64,000 nt of DNA from Eledone cirrhosa (taxonomy: Eukaryota): the NCBI GenBank assembly GCA_964016885.1, contig OZ024741.1, positions 108,438,001 through 108,502,000 on the forward strand, given 5' to 3'. The notes below the pieces were generated by a model. The model saw nothing but the letters and a program-made list of their open reading frames with translations, was not told the DNA's origin and ran no database searches. The translations under genes and the position numbers were made by a program. Below, piece after piece: positions 1 through 14,698 of the stretch (positions are counted from its first letter, which is position 1; each line of letters starts with the position of its first letter).

Positions 1-3000
1 GGTAGTGCTGGTTGTGATGATGTTGGTGGTGGTGGTGACAGTGGTGATGGTATTGATGGTTGTGATGATGTTGGTGGTGGTGACAGTGGTGATGGTAGTG
101 ATGGTTGTGATGATGTTGGTGGTGGTGGTGACAGTGGTGATGGTAGTGATGGTTGTGATGATGGTGGTGGTGACAGTGGTGATGGTAGTGATGGTTGTAA
201 TGATGTTGGTGGTGGTGGTGACAGTGGTGATGGTAGTGGTGGTTGTGATGTTGTTGGTGGTGGTGACAGTGGTGATGGTAGTGATGGTTGTGATGATGTT
301 GGTGGTGGTGGTGACAGTGGTGATGGTAGTGATGGTTGTGATGATGTTGGTGGTGGTGACAGTGGTGATGGTAGTGATGGTTGTAATGATGTTGGTGGTG
401 GTGGTGACAGTGGTGATGGTAGTGCTGGTTGTGATGATGTTGGTGGTTGTGGTGACAGTGGTGATGGTATTGATGGTTGTTATGATGTTGTTGGTGGTGA
501 CAGTGGTGATGGTAGTGATGGTTGTGATGATGTTGGTGGTGGTGATGACAGTGGTGATGGTAGTGATGCTTGTGATGATGTTGGTTGTGGTGGTGACAGT
601 GGTGATGGTAGTGATGGTTGTGATGTTGTTGTTGGTGGTGGTGGTGACAGTGGTGATGGTAGTGCTGGTTGTGATGATGTTGTTGGTGGTGACAGTGGTG
701 ATGGTAGTGATGGTTGTGATGATGTTGGTGGTGGTGGTGACAGTGGTGATGGTAGTGGTGGTTGTGATGATGTTGGTGGTGGTGACAGTGGTGATGATAG
801 TGATGGTTGTGATGATGTTGTTGGTGGTGACAGTGGTGATGGTAGTGATGGTTGTGATGATGTTGGTGGTGGTAATGACAGTGGTGATGGTTGTGATGGT
901 TGTGATGATGTTGTTTCTGGTGACAGTGGTGATGGTAGTGATGGTTGTGATGATGTTGTTGGTGGTGGTGACAGTGGTGATGGTAGTGATGGTTGTGATG
1001 ATGTTGTTGGTGGTGGTGACAGTGCTGATGGTAGTGGTGGTTGTGATGATGTTGGTGGTGGTGACAGTGGTGATGGTATTGATGGTTGTGATGATGTTGG
1101 TGGTGGTGACAGTGGTGATGGTAGTGATGGTTGTGATGATGTTGGTGGTGGTGATGACAGGGTGATGGTAGTGATGGTTATGATGATGTTGTTGTTGGTG
1201 ACAGTGGTGATGGTAGTGATGGTTGTGATGATGTTGGTGGTGGTGGTGACAGTGGTGATGGTAGTGATGGTTGTGATGTTGTTGGTGGTGGTGGTGACAG
1301 TGGTGATGGTAGTGATGGTTGTGATGATGTTGGTGGTGGTGGTGACAGTGGTGATGGTAGTGATGGTTGTGATGATGTTGGTGGTGGTGACAGTGGTGAT
1401 GGTAGTGATGGTTGTGATGATGTTGGTGGTGGTGGTGACAGTGGTGATGGTAGTGGTGGTTGTGATGTTGTTGTTGGTGGTGGTGGTGACAGTGGTGATG
1501 GTAGTGCTGGTTGTGATGATGTTGGTGGTTGTGGTGACAGTGGTGATGGTATTGATGGTTGTGATGATGTTGTTGGTGGTGACAGTGGTGATGGTAGTGA
1601 TGGTTGTGATGATGTTGGTGGTGGTGATGACAGTGGTGATGGTAGTGATGGTTGTGATGTTGTTGTTAGTGGTGGTGGTGACAGTGGTGATGGTAGTGCT
1701 GGTTGTGATGATGTTGGTGGTGGTGACAGTGGTGATGGTAGTGATGGTTGTGATGATGTTGGTGGTGGTGGTGACAGTGGTGATGGTAGTGATGGTTGTG
1801 ATGATGTTGTTGGTGGTGGTGGTGACAGTGGTGATGGTAGTGCTGGTTGTGATGATGTTGGTGGTGGTGGTGACAGTGGTGATGGTATTGATGGTTGTGA
1901 TGATGTTGGTGGTGGTGACAGTGGTGATGGTAGTGATGGTTGTGATGATGTTGTTGTTGGTGGTGGTGACAGTGGTGATGGTAGAGCTGGTTGTGATGAT
2001 GTTGTTGGTGGTGACAGTGGTGATGGTATTGATGGTTGTGATGATGTTGGTGGTGGTGGTGACAGTGGTGATGGTATTGGTCGTTGTGATGATGTTGGTG
2101 GTGGTGACAGTGGTGATGATAGTGATGGTTGTGATGATGTTGTTGGTGGTGACATCACTACCATCAACAACATCATCACAACCATCACTATCATCAGTGG
2201 TAATGATGGTTGTGATGATGTTGTTGGTGGTGGTGACAGTGGTGATGGTAGTGATGTTTGTGATGATGTTGGTGGTGGTGGTGACAGTGCTGATGGTAGT
2301 GGTGGTTGTGATGATGTTGGTGGTGGTGACAGTGGTGATGGTAGTGATGGTTGTGATGATGTTGGTGGTGGTGATGACAGTGGTGATGGTAGTGATGGTT
2401 GTGATGATGTTGTTGTTGGTGACAGTGTTGATGGTAGTGATGGTTGTGATGATGTTGGTGGTGGTGGTGACAGTGGTGATGGTAGTGCTGGTTGTGATGT
2501 TGTTGGTGGTGGTGGTGACAATGGTGATGGTAGTGATGGTTGTGATGATGTTGGTGGTGGTGGTGACAGTGGTGATGGTAGTGATGGTTGTGATGATGTT
2601 GTTGGTGGTGACAGTGGTGATGGTAGTGGTGGTTGTGATGATGTTGGTGGTGGTGACAGTGGTGATGGTAGTGATGGTTGTGATGATGTTGTTGGTGGTG
2701 ACAGTGGTGATGGTAGTGATGGTTGTGATGATGTTGGTGCTGGTGACAGTGGTGTTGGTTGTGATGGTTGTGATGATGTTGGTGCTGGTGGTGACAGTGG
2801 TGATGGTATTGATGGTTGTGATGATGTTGGTGGTGGTGGTGACAGTGGTGATGGTATTGATGGTTGTGATGATGTTGTTGGTGGTGACAGTGGTAATGGT
2901 AGTGATGGTTGTGATGTTGTTGTTGGTGGTGACAGTGGTGATGGTAGTGATGGTTGTGATGATGTTGGTGGTGGTGGTGACAGTGGTGATGGTAGTGATG

Positions 3001-6000
3001 GTTGTGATGATGTTGGTGGTGGTGACAGTGGTGATGGTAGTGATGGTTGTGATGATGTTGGTGGTGGTGGTGACAGTGGTGATGGTAGTGGTGGTTGTGA
3101 TGTTGTTGTTGGTGGTGGTGGTGACAGTGGTGATGGTAGTGCTGGTTGTGATGATGTTGGTGGTTGTGGTTACAGTGGTGATGGTATTGATGGTTGTGAT
3201 GATGTTGGTGGTGGTGACAGTGGTGATGGTATTGATGGTTGTGATGATGTTGTTGTTGGTGGTGGTGACATTGGTGATGGTAGTGCTGGTTGTCATGATG
3301 TTGGTGGTGGTGGTGACAGTGGTGATGGTATTGATGGTTGTGATGATGTTGGTGGTGGTGACAGTGGTGATGGTAGTGATGGTTGTGATGATGTTGTTGT
3401 TGGTGGTGGTGACAGTGGTGATGGTAGTGCTGGTTGTGATGATGTTGGTGGTGGTGATGACAGTGGTGATGGTATTGATGGTTGTGATGATGTTGGTGGT
3501 GGTGACAGTGGTGATGGTAGTGATGGTTGTGATGTTGTTGGTGGTGGTGACAGTGGTGATGGTAGTGATGGTTGTGATGATGTTGGTGGTGGTGGTGACA
3601 GTGGTGATGGTAGTGATGGTTGTGATGATGTTGGTGGTGGTGACAGTGGTGATGGTAGTGATGGTTGTAATGATGTTGGTGGTGGTGGTGAGTGGTGATG
3701 GTAGTGGTGGTTGTGATATTGTTGGTGGTGGTGACAGTGGTGATGGTAGTGATGGTTGTGATGATGTTGGTGGTGGTGGTGACAGTGGTGATGGTAGTGA
3801 TGGTTGTGATGATGTTGGTGGTGGTGACAGTGGTGATGGTAGTGATGGTTGTAATGATGTTGGTGGTGGTGGTGACAGTGGTGATGGTAGTGCTGGTTGT
3901 GATGATGTTGGTGGTTGTGGTGACAGTGGTGATGGTATTGATGGTTGTTATGATGTTGTTGGTGGTGACAGTGGTGATGGTAGTGATGGTTGTGATGATG
4001 TTGGTGGTGGTGATGACAGTGGTGATGGTAGTGATGCTTGTGATGATGTTGGTTCTGGTGGTGACAGTGGTGATGGTAGTGATGGTTGTGATGTTGTTGT
4101 TGGTGGTGGTGGTGACAGTGGTGATGGTAGTGCTGGTTGTGATGATGTTGTTGGTGGTGACAGTGGTGATGGTAGTGATGGTTGTGATGATGTTGGTGGT
4201 GGTGGTGACAGTGGTGATGGTAGTGGTGGTTGTGATGATGTTGGTGGTGGTGACAGTGGTGATGATAGTGATGGTTGTGATGATGTTGTTGGTGGTGACA
4301 GTGGTGATGGTAGTGATGGTTGTGATGATGTTGGTGGTGGTAATGACAGTGGTGATGGTTGTGATGGTTGTGATGATGTTGTTTCTGGTGACAGTGGTGA
4401 TGGTAGTGATGGTTGTGATGATGTTGTTGGTGGTGGTGACAGTGGTGATGGTAGTGATGGTTGTGATGATGTTGTTGGTGGTGGTGACAGTGCTGATGGT
4501 AGTGGTGGTTGTGATGATGTTGGTGGTGGTGACAGTGGTGATGGTATTGATGGTTGTGATGATGTTGGTGGTGGTGACAGTGGTGATGGTAGTGATGGTT
4601 GTGATGATGTTGGTGGTGGTGATGACAGGGTGATGGTAGTGATGGTTATGATGATGTTGTTGTTGGTGACAGTGGTGATGGTTGTGATGATGTTGGTGGT
4701 GGTGGTGACAGTGGTGATGGTAGTGATGGTTGTGATGTTGTTGGTGGTGGTGGTGACAGTGGTGATGGTAGTGATGGTTGTGATGATGTTGGTGGTGGTG
4801 GTGACAGTGGTGATGGTAGTGATGGTTGTGATGATGTTGTTGGTGGTGACAGTGGTGATGGTAGTGATGGTTGTGATGATGTTGCTGGTGGTGGTGACAG
4901 TGGTGATGGTAGTGGTGGTTGTGATGATGTTGGTGGTGGTGACAGTGGTGATGGTAGTGATGGTTGTGATGATGTTGTTGGTGGTGACAGTGGTGATGGT
5001 AGTGATGGTTGTGATGATGTTGGTGGTGGTGACAGTGGTGATGGTTGTGATGGTTGTGATGATGTTGGTGGTGGTGGTGACAGTGGTGATGGTATTGATG
5101 GTTGTGATGATGTTGGTGGTGGTGGTGACAGTGGTGATGGTAGTGATGGTTGTGATGTTGTTGTTGTTGTTGGTGGTGACAGTGGTGATGGTAGTGATGG
5201 TTGTGATGATGTTGGTGGTGGTGGTGACAGTGGTGATGGTATTGATGGTTGTGATGATGTTGGTGGTGGTGGTGACAGTGGTGATGGTAGTGATGGTTGT
5301 GATGTTGTTGTTGTTGTTGGTGGTGACAGTGGTGATGGTAGTGATGGTTGTGATGTTGTTGTTGTTGGTGGTGACAGTGGTGATGGTAGTGATGGTTGTG
5401 ATGATGTTGGTGGTGGTGGTGACAGTGGTGATGGTATTGATGGTTGTGATGATGTTGGTGGTGGTGACAGTGGTGATTGTAGTGATGGTTGTGATGTTGT
5501 TGTTGTTGGTGGTGACAGTGGTGATGGTAGTGATGGTTGTGATGATGTTGTTGGTGGTGACAGTGGTGATGGTAGTGATGGTTGTGATGATGTTGGTGGT
5601 GGTGACAGTGGTGATGGTTGTGATGGTTGTGATGATGTTGGTGGTGATGGTGACAGTGGTGATGGTATTGATGGTTGTGATGATGTTGGTGGTGGTGGTG
5701 ACAGTGGTGATGGTAGTGATGGTTGTGATGATGTTGGTGGTGGTGGTGACAGTGGTGATGGTATTGATGGTTGTGATGATGTTGGTGGTGGTGGTGACAG
5801 TGGTGATGGTAGTGATGGTTGTGATGTTGTTGTTGTTGTTGGTGGTGACAGTGGTGATGGTAGTGATGGTTGTGATGTTGTTGTTGTTGTTGGTGACAGT
5901 GGTGATGGTAGTGATGGTTGTGATGATGTTGGTGGTGGTGGTGACAGTGGTGATGGTATTGATGGTTGTGATGATGTTGGTGGTGGTGGTGACAGTGGTG

Positions 6001-9000
6001 ATGGTAGTGATGGTTGTGATGATGTTGGTGGTGGTGGTGACAGTGGTGATGGTATTGATGGTTGTGATGATGTTGGTGGTGGTGGTGGTGACAGTGGTGA
6101 TGGTAGTGATGGTTGTGATGTTGTTGTTGTTGTTGGTGGTGGTGACAGTGGTGATGGTAGTGATGGTTGTGATGTTGTTGTTGTTGGTGGTGACAGTGGT
6201 GATGTTAGTGATGGTTGTGATGATGTTGGTGGTGGTGGTGACAGTGGTGATGGTATTGATGGTTGTGATGATGTTGGTGGTGGTGATGACAGTGGTGATG
6301 GTAGTGATGGTTGTGATGATGTTGGTGGTGGTGGTGACAGTGGTGATGGTAGTGATGGTTGTGATGTTGTTGTTGGTGGTGACAGTGGTGATGGTAGTGA
6401 TGGTTGTGATGTTGTTGTTGTTGGTGGTGACAGTGGTGATGCTAGTGATGGTTGTGATGATGTTGGTGGTGGTGGTGACAGTGGTGATGGTAGTGATGGT
6501 TGTGATGTTGTTGTTGTTGTTGGTGGTGACAGTGGTGATGGTATTGATGGTTGTGATGATGTTTTTGTTGGTGGTGACAGTGGTGATGGTAGTGATGGTT
6601 GTGATGTTGTTGGTGGTGGTGGTGACATTGGTGATGGTAGTGATGGTTGTGATGTTGTTGTTGTTGTTGGTGGTGACAGTGGTGATGGTATTGATGGTTG
6701 TGATGATGTTGGTGGTGGTGGTGACAGTGGTGATGGTATTGATGGTTGTGATGATGTTGGTGGTGGTGATGACAGTGGTAATGGTAGTGATGATTGTGAT
6801 GATGTTGTTGGTGGTGATAGTGGTGATGGTAGTGATGGTTGTGATGATGTTGTTGTTGGTGGTGACAGTGGTGATGGTAGTGATGGTTCTGATGTTGTTG
6901 GTGGTGGTGGTGACAGTGGTGATGGTAGTGATGGTTGTGATGATGTTGTTGTTGGTGGTGACAGTGGTGATGGTAGTGATGGTTGTGATGTTGTTGGTGG
7001 TGGTGGTGACAGTGGTGATGGTAGTGATGGTTGTGATGATGTTTTTGTTGGTGGTGACAGTGGTGATGGTAGTGATGGTTGTGATGTTGTTGGTGGTGGT
7101 GGTGACAGTGGTGATGGTAGTGATGGTTGTGATGATGTTGTTGTTGGTGGTGACAGTGGTGATGGTAGTGATGGTTGTGATGTTGTTGGTGGTGGTGGTG
7201 ACAGTGGTGATGGTAGTGATGGTTGTGATGATGTTGTTGTTGGTGGTGACAGTGGTGATGCTAGTGATGGTTGTGATGATGTTGGTGGTGGTGGTGACAG
7301 TGGTGATGGTAGTGATGGTTGTGATGATGTTTTTGTTGGTGGTGACAGTGGTGATGGTAGTGATGGTTGTGATGATGTTTTTGTTGGTGGTGACAGTGGT
7401 GATGGTAGTGATGGTTGTGATGATGTTGGTGGTGGTGACAGTGGTGATGGTAGTGATGGTTGTGATGATGTTGGTTGTGGTGACAGTGGTGATGGTAGTG
7501 ATGGTTGTGATGCTGTTGTTGGTGGTGACAGTGGTGATGGTAGTGATGGTTGTGATGTTGGTGGTGGTGGTGACAGTGGTGATGGTAGTGATGGTTGTGA
7601 TGATGTTGTTGTTGGTGGTGACAGTGGTGATGGTAGTGATGGTTGTGATGATGTTGGTGGTGGTGACAGTGGTGATGGTAGTGATGGTTGTGATGGTGAT
7701 GGTGGTGGTGACAGTGCTGATGGTATTGATGGTTGTGATGATGTTGGTGGTGGTGATGACAGTGGTGATGGTATTGATGGTTGTGATGATGTTGGTGGTG
7801 GTGGTGACAGTGGTGATGGTAGTGATGGTTGTGATGTTGGTGGTGGTGGTGACAGTGGTGATGGTATTGATGGTTCTGATGATGTTGGTGGTGGTGACAG
7901 TGGTGATGGTAGTGATGGTTGTGATGAAGTTGTTGGTGGTGATAGTGGTGATGGTATTGATGGTTGTGTTGATGTTGGTGGTGGTGATGACAGTGGTGAT
8001 GGTAGTGATGGTTGTGATGTTGGTGGTGGTGGTGACAGTGGTGATGGTATTGATGGTTCTGATGATGTTGGTGGTGGTGACAGTGGTGATGGTAGTGGTG
8101 GTTGTGATGATGTTGGTGGTGGTGGTGACAGAGGTGATGGTATTGATGGTTGTGATGATGTTGGTGCTGGTGGTGACAGTGGTGATGGTAGTGATGGTTG
8201 TGATGATGTTGTTGGTGGTGATAGTGGCGATGGTAGTGATGGTTGTGATGATGTTGGTGGTGGTGGTGACAGTGGTGATGGTATTGATGGTTGTGATGAT
8301 GTTGGTGGTGGTGGTGACAGTGGTGATGGTATTGATGGTTGTGATGATGTTGGTGGTGGTGATGACAGTGGTGATGGTATTGATGGTTGTGATGATGTTG
8401 GTGGTGGTGGTGACAGTGGTGATGGTAGTGATGGTTGTGATGATGTTGTTGGTGGTGATAGTGGTGATGGTATTGATGGTTGTGATGATGTTGGTGGTGG
8501 TGACAGTGGTGATGGTAGTGGTGGTTGTGATGATGTTGGTGGTGGTGACAGTGGTGATGGTAGTGGTGGTTGTGATGATGTTGGTGGTGGTGGTATTGAT
8601 GGTTGTGATGATGTTGGTGGTGGTGATGACAGTGGTGATGGTATTGATGGTTGTGATGATGTTGGTGGTGGTGGTGACAGTGGTGATGGTAGTGATGGTT
8701 GTGATGATGTTGTTGGTGGTGATAGTGGTGATGGTATTGATGGTTGTGATGATGTTGGTGGTTGTGACAGTGGTGATGGTAGTGGTGGTTGTGATGATGT
8801 TGGTGGTGGTGACAGTGGTGATGGTAGTGATGGTTGTGATGATGTTGGTGGTGGTGGTGACAGTGGTGATGGTATTGATGGTTGTGATGATGTTGGTGGT
8901 GGTGATGACAGTGGTGATGGTATTGATGGTTGTGATGATGTTGGTGGTGGTGGTGACAGTGGTGCTGGTAGTGGTGGTTGTGATGATGTTGGTGGTGGTG

Positions 9001-9540
9001 ACAGTGGTGATGGTATTGATGGTTGTGATGATGATGTTGGTGGTGGTGACAGTGGTGATGGTAGTGATGGTTGTGATGATGTAGTTGGTGGTGGTGACAG
9101 TGGTGATGGTAGTGATGGTTGTGATGTTGTTGTTGTTGTTGGTGGTGACAGTGGTGATGGTAGTGGTGGTTGTGATGATGTTGTTGGTGGTGGTGACAGT
9201 GGTGATGGTAGTGATGGTTGTGATGTTGTTGTTGGTGGTGGTGATGACAGTGGTGATGGTATTGATGGTTGTGATGATGTTGTTGGTGGTGGTGACAGTG
9301 GTGATGGTAGTGATGGTTGTGATGTTGTTGTTGGTGGTGACAGTGGTGATGGTAGTGATGGTTGTGATGATGTTGGTGGTGGTGACAGTGGTGATGGTAG
9401 TGATGGTTGTGATGATGTTGGTGGTGGTGACAGTGGTGATGGTAGTGATGGTTGTGATGATGTTGGTGGTGGTGGTGACAGTGGTGATGGTATTGATGGT
9501 TGTGATGATGTTGGTGGTGGTGACAGTGGTGATGGTAGTG
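1..9540. repeat. G/T-rich minisatellite, ~45-54 bp unit (GGTGACAGTGGTGATGGTAGTGATGGTTGTGATGATGTT(GGT)n)
   Basis: Continuous tandem array with triplet-length variation. It produces the spurious poly-V/M, poly-T and SP-rich ORFs. Confidence 0.97.
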
Positions 9541-11030
9541 ATGTTAGTGTTGTTGGTGTTGGGGGTAATAGTGTTGTTGGAGCTGGTGGTAGTGAGGGTG
9601 ATGGTTGTTATGTTGTTGTTAGAGGTGATGGTATTGATGTTAGTGTTGTTAAAGGTGATGGTAGTGATGTTAGTGTTGTTGGTGGTGATGGTAGTGATGT
9701 TAGTGTTGTTGGTGGTGATGGTAGTGATGTTAGTGTTGTTGGTGTTGGGGGTATTAGTGTTGTTGGAGCTGGTGGTAGCGAGGGTGATGGTTGTTATGTT
9801 GTTGTTAGAGGTGATGGTAGTGATGTTAGTGTTGTTAGAGGTGATGGTAGTGATGTTAGTGTTGTTGGTGTTGGGGGTATTAGTGTTGTTAGTGTTGTTA
9901 GAGGTGATGGTAGTGATGTTAGTGTTGTTAGAGGTGATGGTAGTGATGGTAGTAGTGTTGTTAGAGGTGGGGGTAATAGTGTTGTTGGAGCTGGTGGTAG
10001 TGAGGGTGATGGTTGTTATGTTGTTGTTAGAGGTGATGGTAGTGATGGTAGTGTTGTTGGAGCTGGTGGTAGTGAGTGTGATGGTTGTTATGTTGTTGTT
10101 AGAGATGATGGTAGTGCTGTTAGTGCTGTTGGTGGTGGGGTTAATAGTGTCGTTGGAGCTGATGGCAGTGAGGGTGTTGTTATTGTTGGGGGTGGTGCTG
10201 GTGATGTTATTGTTGTTGGTGGTGGTGGTATGGGTGACGTTGTTCGTGTTGTTGGAGCTGATGGTAGTGATGATGATAGTTGTCATGTTATTAGAGATGA
10301 TGGTAGTGATTTTGGTGTTGTTATTGGCGGGGAAGTGATGGTGATATAATTGTTGTTGTTGGGCGTGGTGGTGTTGATGTTATTGTTGTTCGTGTTGTTG
10401 TTGAAGCTGATGGTTGTCATATTGTTATAACTGATGGTAATGATGTTGGTGTTGTTGTTGGAGGTGGTGGTGGTGATGTTATTGTTGTTGTTGGAGGTGG
10501 TGGCGGTGATGTTATTGTAGTTGTTATAGGTGGTGTTGTTATTGTTGTTGTTGGAGGTGGTGGTGGTGCTGTTGACATCTTTGATGGAGTTGATGGTAGT
10601 GATGTTGGTGTTGTTGTTGGAGGTGGTGGTGGTGTTGTTATTGTTGTTGTTGGAGGTGGTGGTGGTGCTGTTGACATCTTTGATGGAGTTGATGGTAGTG
10701 ATGTTGGTGTTGTTGTTGTTGGAGGTGGTGGTGGTGTTGTTATTGTTGTTGTTGGAGGTGGTGGTGGTGCTGTTGACATCTTTGATGGAGTTGATGGTAG
10801 TGATGTTGGTGTTGTTGTTGGAGGTGGTGGTGGTGTGGTTATTGTTGTTGTTGGAGGTGGTGCTGGTGTTGTTGACATCTTTGATGGAGTTGATTGTAGT
10901 GATGTTGGTGTTGTTGTTGGAGGTGGTGGTGGTGTTGTTATTGTTGTTGTTGGAGGTGGTGGTGGTGCTGTTGACATCTTTGATGGAGTTGATGGTAGTG
11001 ATGTTGGTGTTGTTGGAAGTGATATTATTG
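9541..11030. repeat. Degenerate GTT/GGT low-complexity region including a ~100-bp tandem repeat (about 5 copies, ~10520-11020)
   Basis: TTGACATCTTTGATGGAGTTGAT recurs at about 10572, 10671, 10773, 10872 and 10971. Confidence 0.9.
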
Positions 11031-11159
11031 ACGGTGTTGCGCTTTGAGAACAACAGAATGTGCAAAAAAGGGCGGGAGTGTGATGTAGAGAGTACATTGG
11101 TGTGTGTGTGTGTATGTGTGTGAGTGACAGAGTGAGAGAGAGAGAGAGATAAAGAGAGA

Positions 11160-11205
<46 letters not shown>

Positions 11206-11611
11206 TCTAGGAGAGAGGGGAAGAGAAAGAGGAAAGAGGGAGAGAGAAGGTGAGGGAGGAATAACAAAGGAAAGAAGATGGGTGGAGGGGTGAGAAAAGT
11301 TATAAAAATAAAACGAGAGGGTGAGATTTTGAATGTAAATAGTGAGGACGAGGAAGAAACGAAAAGAGCAAATGACAAAGTGGTAAATGAGTAGTAGTAA
11401 AAGGAAAGGACAGTGATAAATAACTGGAGGAGGAGGGAGAGGAATGAAGTGGTGATGTTGGTGGTGACCATGTAAAAAAACAACTACTTTGGCGTGAATG
11501 TGAGGGTGGGGTTAAATAAGGGTGACGAGTGAAGAAGAGAGAGGGACAGTGAAAAGAATGAAAAAAGAGAAAAAGATTATATATGTATGTTCACACACAC
11601 ACAAATATACA

Positions 11612-11645
<34 letters not shown>

Positions 11646-13035
11646 CTTTATATATATATATATATATAAATGTATGTATATATCTCTCTCTCTATATATA
11701 TATATATATTTACATATATATACCTATATATATATATATATATTAAATGTATGTATATATCTATCTATCTATATATATATATTTACATATATATATATAT
11801 ATATATTTACATATTTATATATATATATATATATACACGCGTGTATGTATGTATATATATATGTATGTATTTGTGTGTGTGTGTGTGTAAATAGAAGGAA
11901 TCAAGTTAGAAAAAGTGAGGCGGATGGAGCAGAAGGGGGAGTGAAAAGTAGGGAAGAGGTAGTGAGAGGTGAAACATATACAGAAAGAGGAAGGGAAGAG
12001 AGGGTGAGAGAGTGAGAGAGTGGGAGAGAGGCGGGAGACGGGAAGGAAGAATGCGAAGGTAATTACGGAGTAACACAGAAAGAAAAGGTGAAGAGGTAGA
12101 TAAAGTAAGACAACAGATAGAGTAAGAGTGGACGTGTAAGAAAATGAGAGATAGAGAGAGAGAGAGAGAGAGAGAAGTAAAAGAAGGAGAAAGTGAGGAG
12201 TGGAAGAGCGAGTAAAAGAAAAAAGTGAAGAGGCGGGAGTAGAAAGAGAGGAAAATAAACGAAAAGAAAAGAGGACAGGATGAATAGAAAAGAAAAAAAC
12301 ATGAAAGAAAGATATCCTGTAAGAAATAGAGAGAGATACAAGAGAGAATGAGAGAGAGAGGGGGAGATATATATATATATATATATATATAGAGGTAGAG
12401 GTAGAGAGAGAGGGAGAGAGAGATAGAGAGAGAGAGGTAGAGAGAGAGAGAAAGATATCCTGTAAGAAATAGAGAATGAGAGAGAATACAAAAGAGAGAA
12501 TGAGAGAGAAAGAGAGAGAGAGGATGTATAAAGGGACACACACACATTTATACACTACACAAAAAACACATACGCTGCATTATATATACGCACATATGAG
12601 TGCGTATATTTACAACGATAAAGACAGGTAGATAAAGAGAGAAAATAGACAGTGAGAGAGAGAAAGAACTAAATGTAAGATATATGGTGGTTAAAGGTAA
12701 GGGGAAGAAGTGCTGGGCAGGGCAGAGCATAGCGGCCAATGGGTAGAGGAGGCTGACGATGTAAGGTTTAATAGGAAACAGTGAATGAAAACATAGGTGT
12801 GGTGAGGAGAACGGGTGCAGAGGTGTGAGATAGATAGAGAGAGAGAAATAGGAACAGGGAGGGATAAACAAAGACAGCTACATAGTGAAAGATAGAGGAG
12901 ATAGAAAGTGAGAGAGAGAGAGAGAGAGGGGGGGGGACATACATATAGATAGAGATAGAAAGAAGTAAAAAAGATTATATAGAGAGAAACTGACACATAG
13001 AAAGAGCGGGAGTGAGAGGTGTGAGTATTAATGTG

Positions 13036-13047
13036 TGTGACGTCACA
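13036..13047. promoter_or_regulatory. Candidate CRE/ATF site (TGACGTCA within palindrome TGTGACGTCACA) about 170 bp upstream of the Pc/CBX start codon
   Basis: Perfect 8-bp CRE consensus in unique sequence just 5' of exon 1. Function not shown. Confidence 0.4.
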
Positions 13048-13209
13048 TATGCAACAGTATTATGGTCTGGAGTGCTCTGTTGGAGTTTTTACACCGAAGG
13101 TTGTTGTTACAACAACTGTTTATTAGCGTTTAGCTACAGCTGGTTTTTCCTTCTTCTTTCTCTTCTTCTTACTCTTCTATCACACTATCTCTATCTTCAT
13201 CTTGTTGTT

Positions 13210-13278
13210 ATGGACATACAGGTGATGGAAGATCGTGTATTTCAGGCCGACTATATACAGAGGAAACGTATACGTAGG
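13210..13278 (+). CDS. Pc: Polycomb-type chromobox protein (Pc/CBX2/4/6/7/8 family), coding exon 1
   Basis: Reads [23 protein letters not shown] then a GTAAGT donor at 13279. Aligns without gaps to the CBX7-type N-terminus (MELSAIGEQVFAVESIRKKRVRK), including cage residue F11. Confidence 0.92.
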
Positions 13279-13504
13279 GTAAGTTTATTTACTATACCAA
13301 CTTAATTATTTGAAGTACTTGGAGAGGGGGGGGGGAGGGAGATCGTTAAAGCGTCGAATATAAATGCTTTGCGCTGTATTTAATGGCTCTATACGATCTA
13401 AGTTCAAATCCCGCGCAAGATGAACTAATCATTACAATCTATTAGTAATGTACTGGGTAATTGCTGGCCTTGTGCCAAAAAGTTGAAACAATTATTTACA
13501 GTCT

Positions 13505-13550
<46 letters not shown>

Positions 13551-13581
13551 ATATATATGTGTATGTATGTATGTATGTATG

Positions 13582-13612
<31 letters not shown>

Positions 13613-13742
13613 ATATGTATATATCTGTGCGTTATATGTATTGTATGTCTTTCTATATATAGTCTTTTCCCTACTCGTAAACACAAACATTTGTGTTCGC
13701 ACGCGCATACAGCATTTATTTATCTATGTACGTGTGTGTGTG

Positions 13743-13785
<43 letters not shown>

Positions 13786-13794
13786 GTGTGTGTG

Positions 13795-13902
<108 letters not shown>

Positions 13903-14623
13903 TCAGCCTTCCGTCCTTATATACAGGCAAATATTGCCGGCAAAACGATATGCGCAATTATATTTACCTATTATTAGGAAAACGGAGGGAGAGAGAAAGA
14001 GAGACTCATACACATATATACATACGTACATACATACATAATATATACATACATGCATACACACACACATATACGCACATACATACATACATACATATTA
14101 GAATACATATATATATATGCATACATACATGTGTTTATATATATGTATAAACATCCGCTAAAAGTACACATAATAGCTATGATTTTTCAATACTTTCAAT
14201 ATATATTTTTTTCTCATTTCTGTGACCAGAGGCGATCCTTCCGTAACAATCTAGTATGTATGTCTTCTTGGTGCCGATTGGTTTCGTGCATAGTGTATCT
14301 AGGACTACATTATCTAATAAGTCCTTAGGCAGTACGATGTGATTTCAGGGTTGGTTTTGACTGTTCTTAACATGTTTTGTTCATGGTGTAAAAGCTCGCT
14401 TTCTCGTGTTTTATTTCAGTGCAGCGGTGCCGGTTTCGATATCAACTCATTTCAAGTGTATTATCTTATTTCATCCCTTAAAGTTAATCAGTACGATAGG
14501 CTACCATAAATTGATTGAGCCAAGCCCTCTGCCACTCTCCTTCGGATCTTTCCTCATATATTTCTCAATAATTTATATGCTTTAATGAAATTCTGCAAAT
14601 ATGCGTTTCGGATAATGTAGATA

Positions 14624-14698
<75 letters not shown>

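Noticed and set aside
1-11200. Very long ORFs (2640 aa, 2112 aa etc.) as mucin-like or membrane proteins
   Set aside because: Open in several frames on both strands because of triplet-periodic repeats; frameshifted internally; no non-repetitive domain.
12730-12745. CCAAT box as a Pc promoter element
   Set aside because: Short motif about 470 bp from the ATG, with no TSS evidence.
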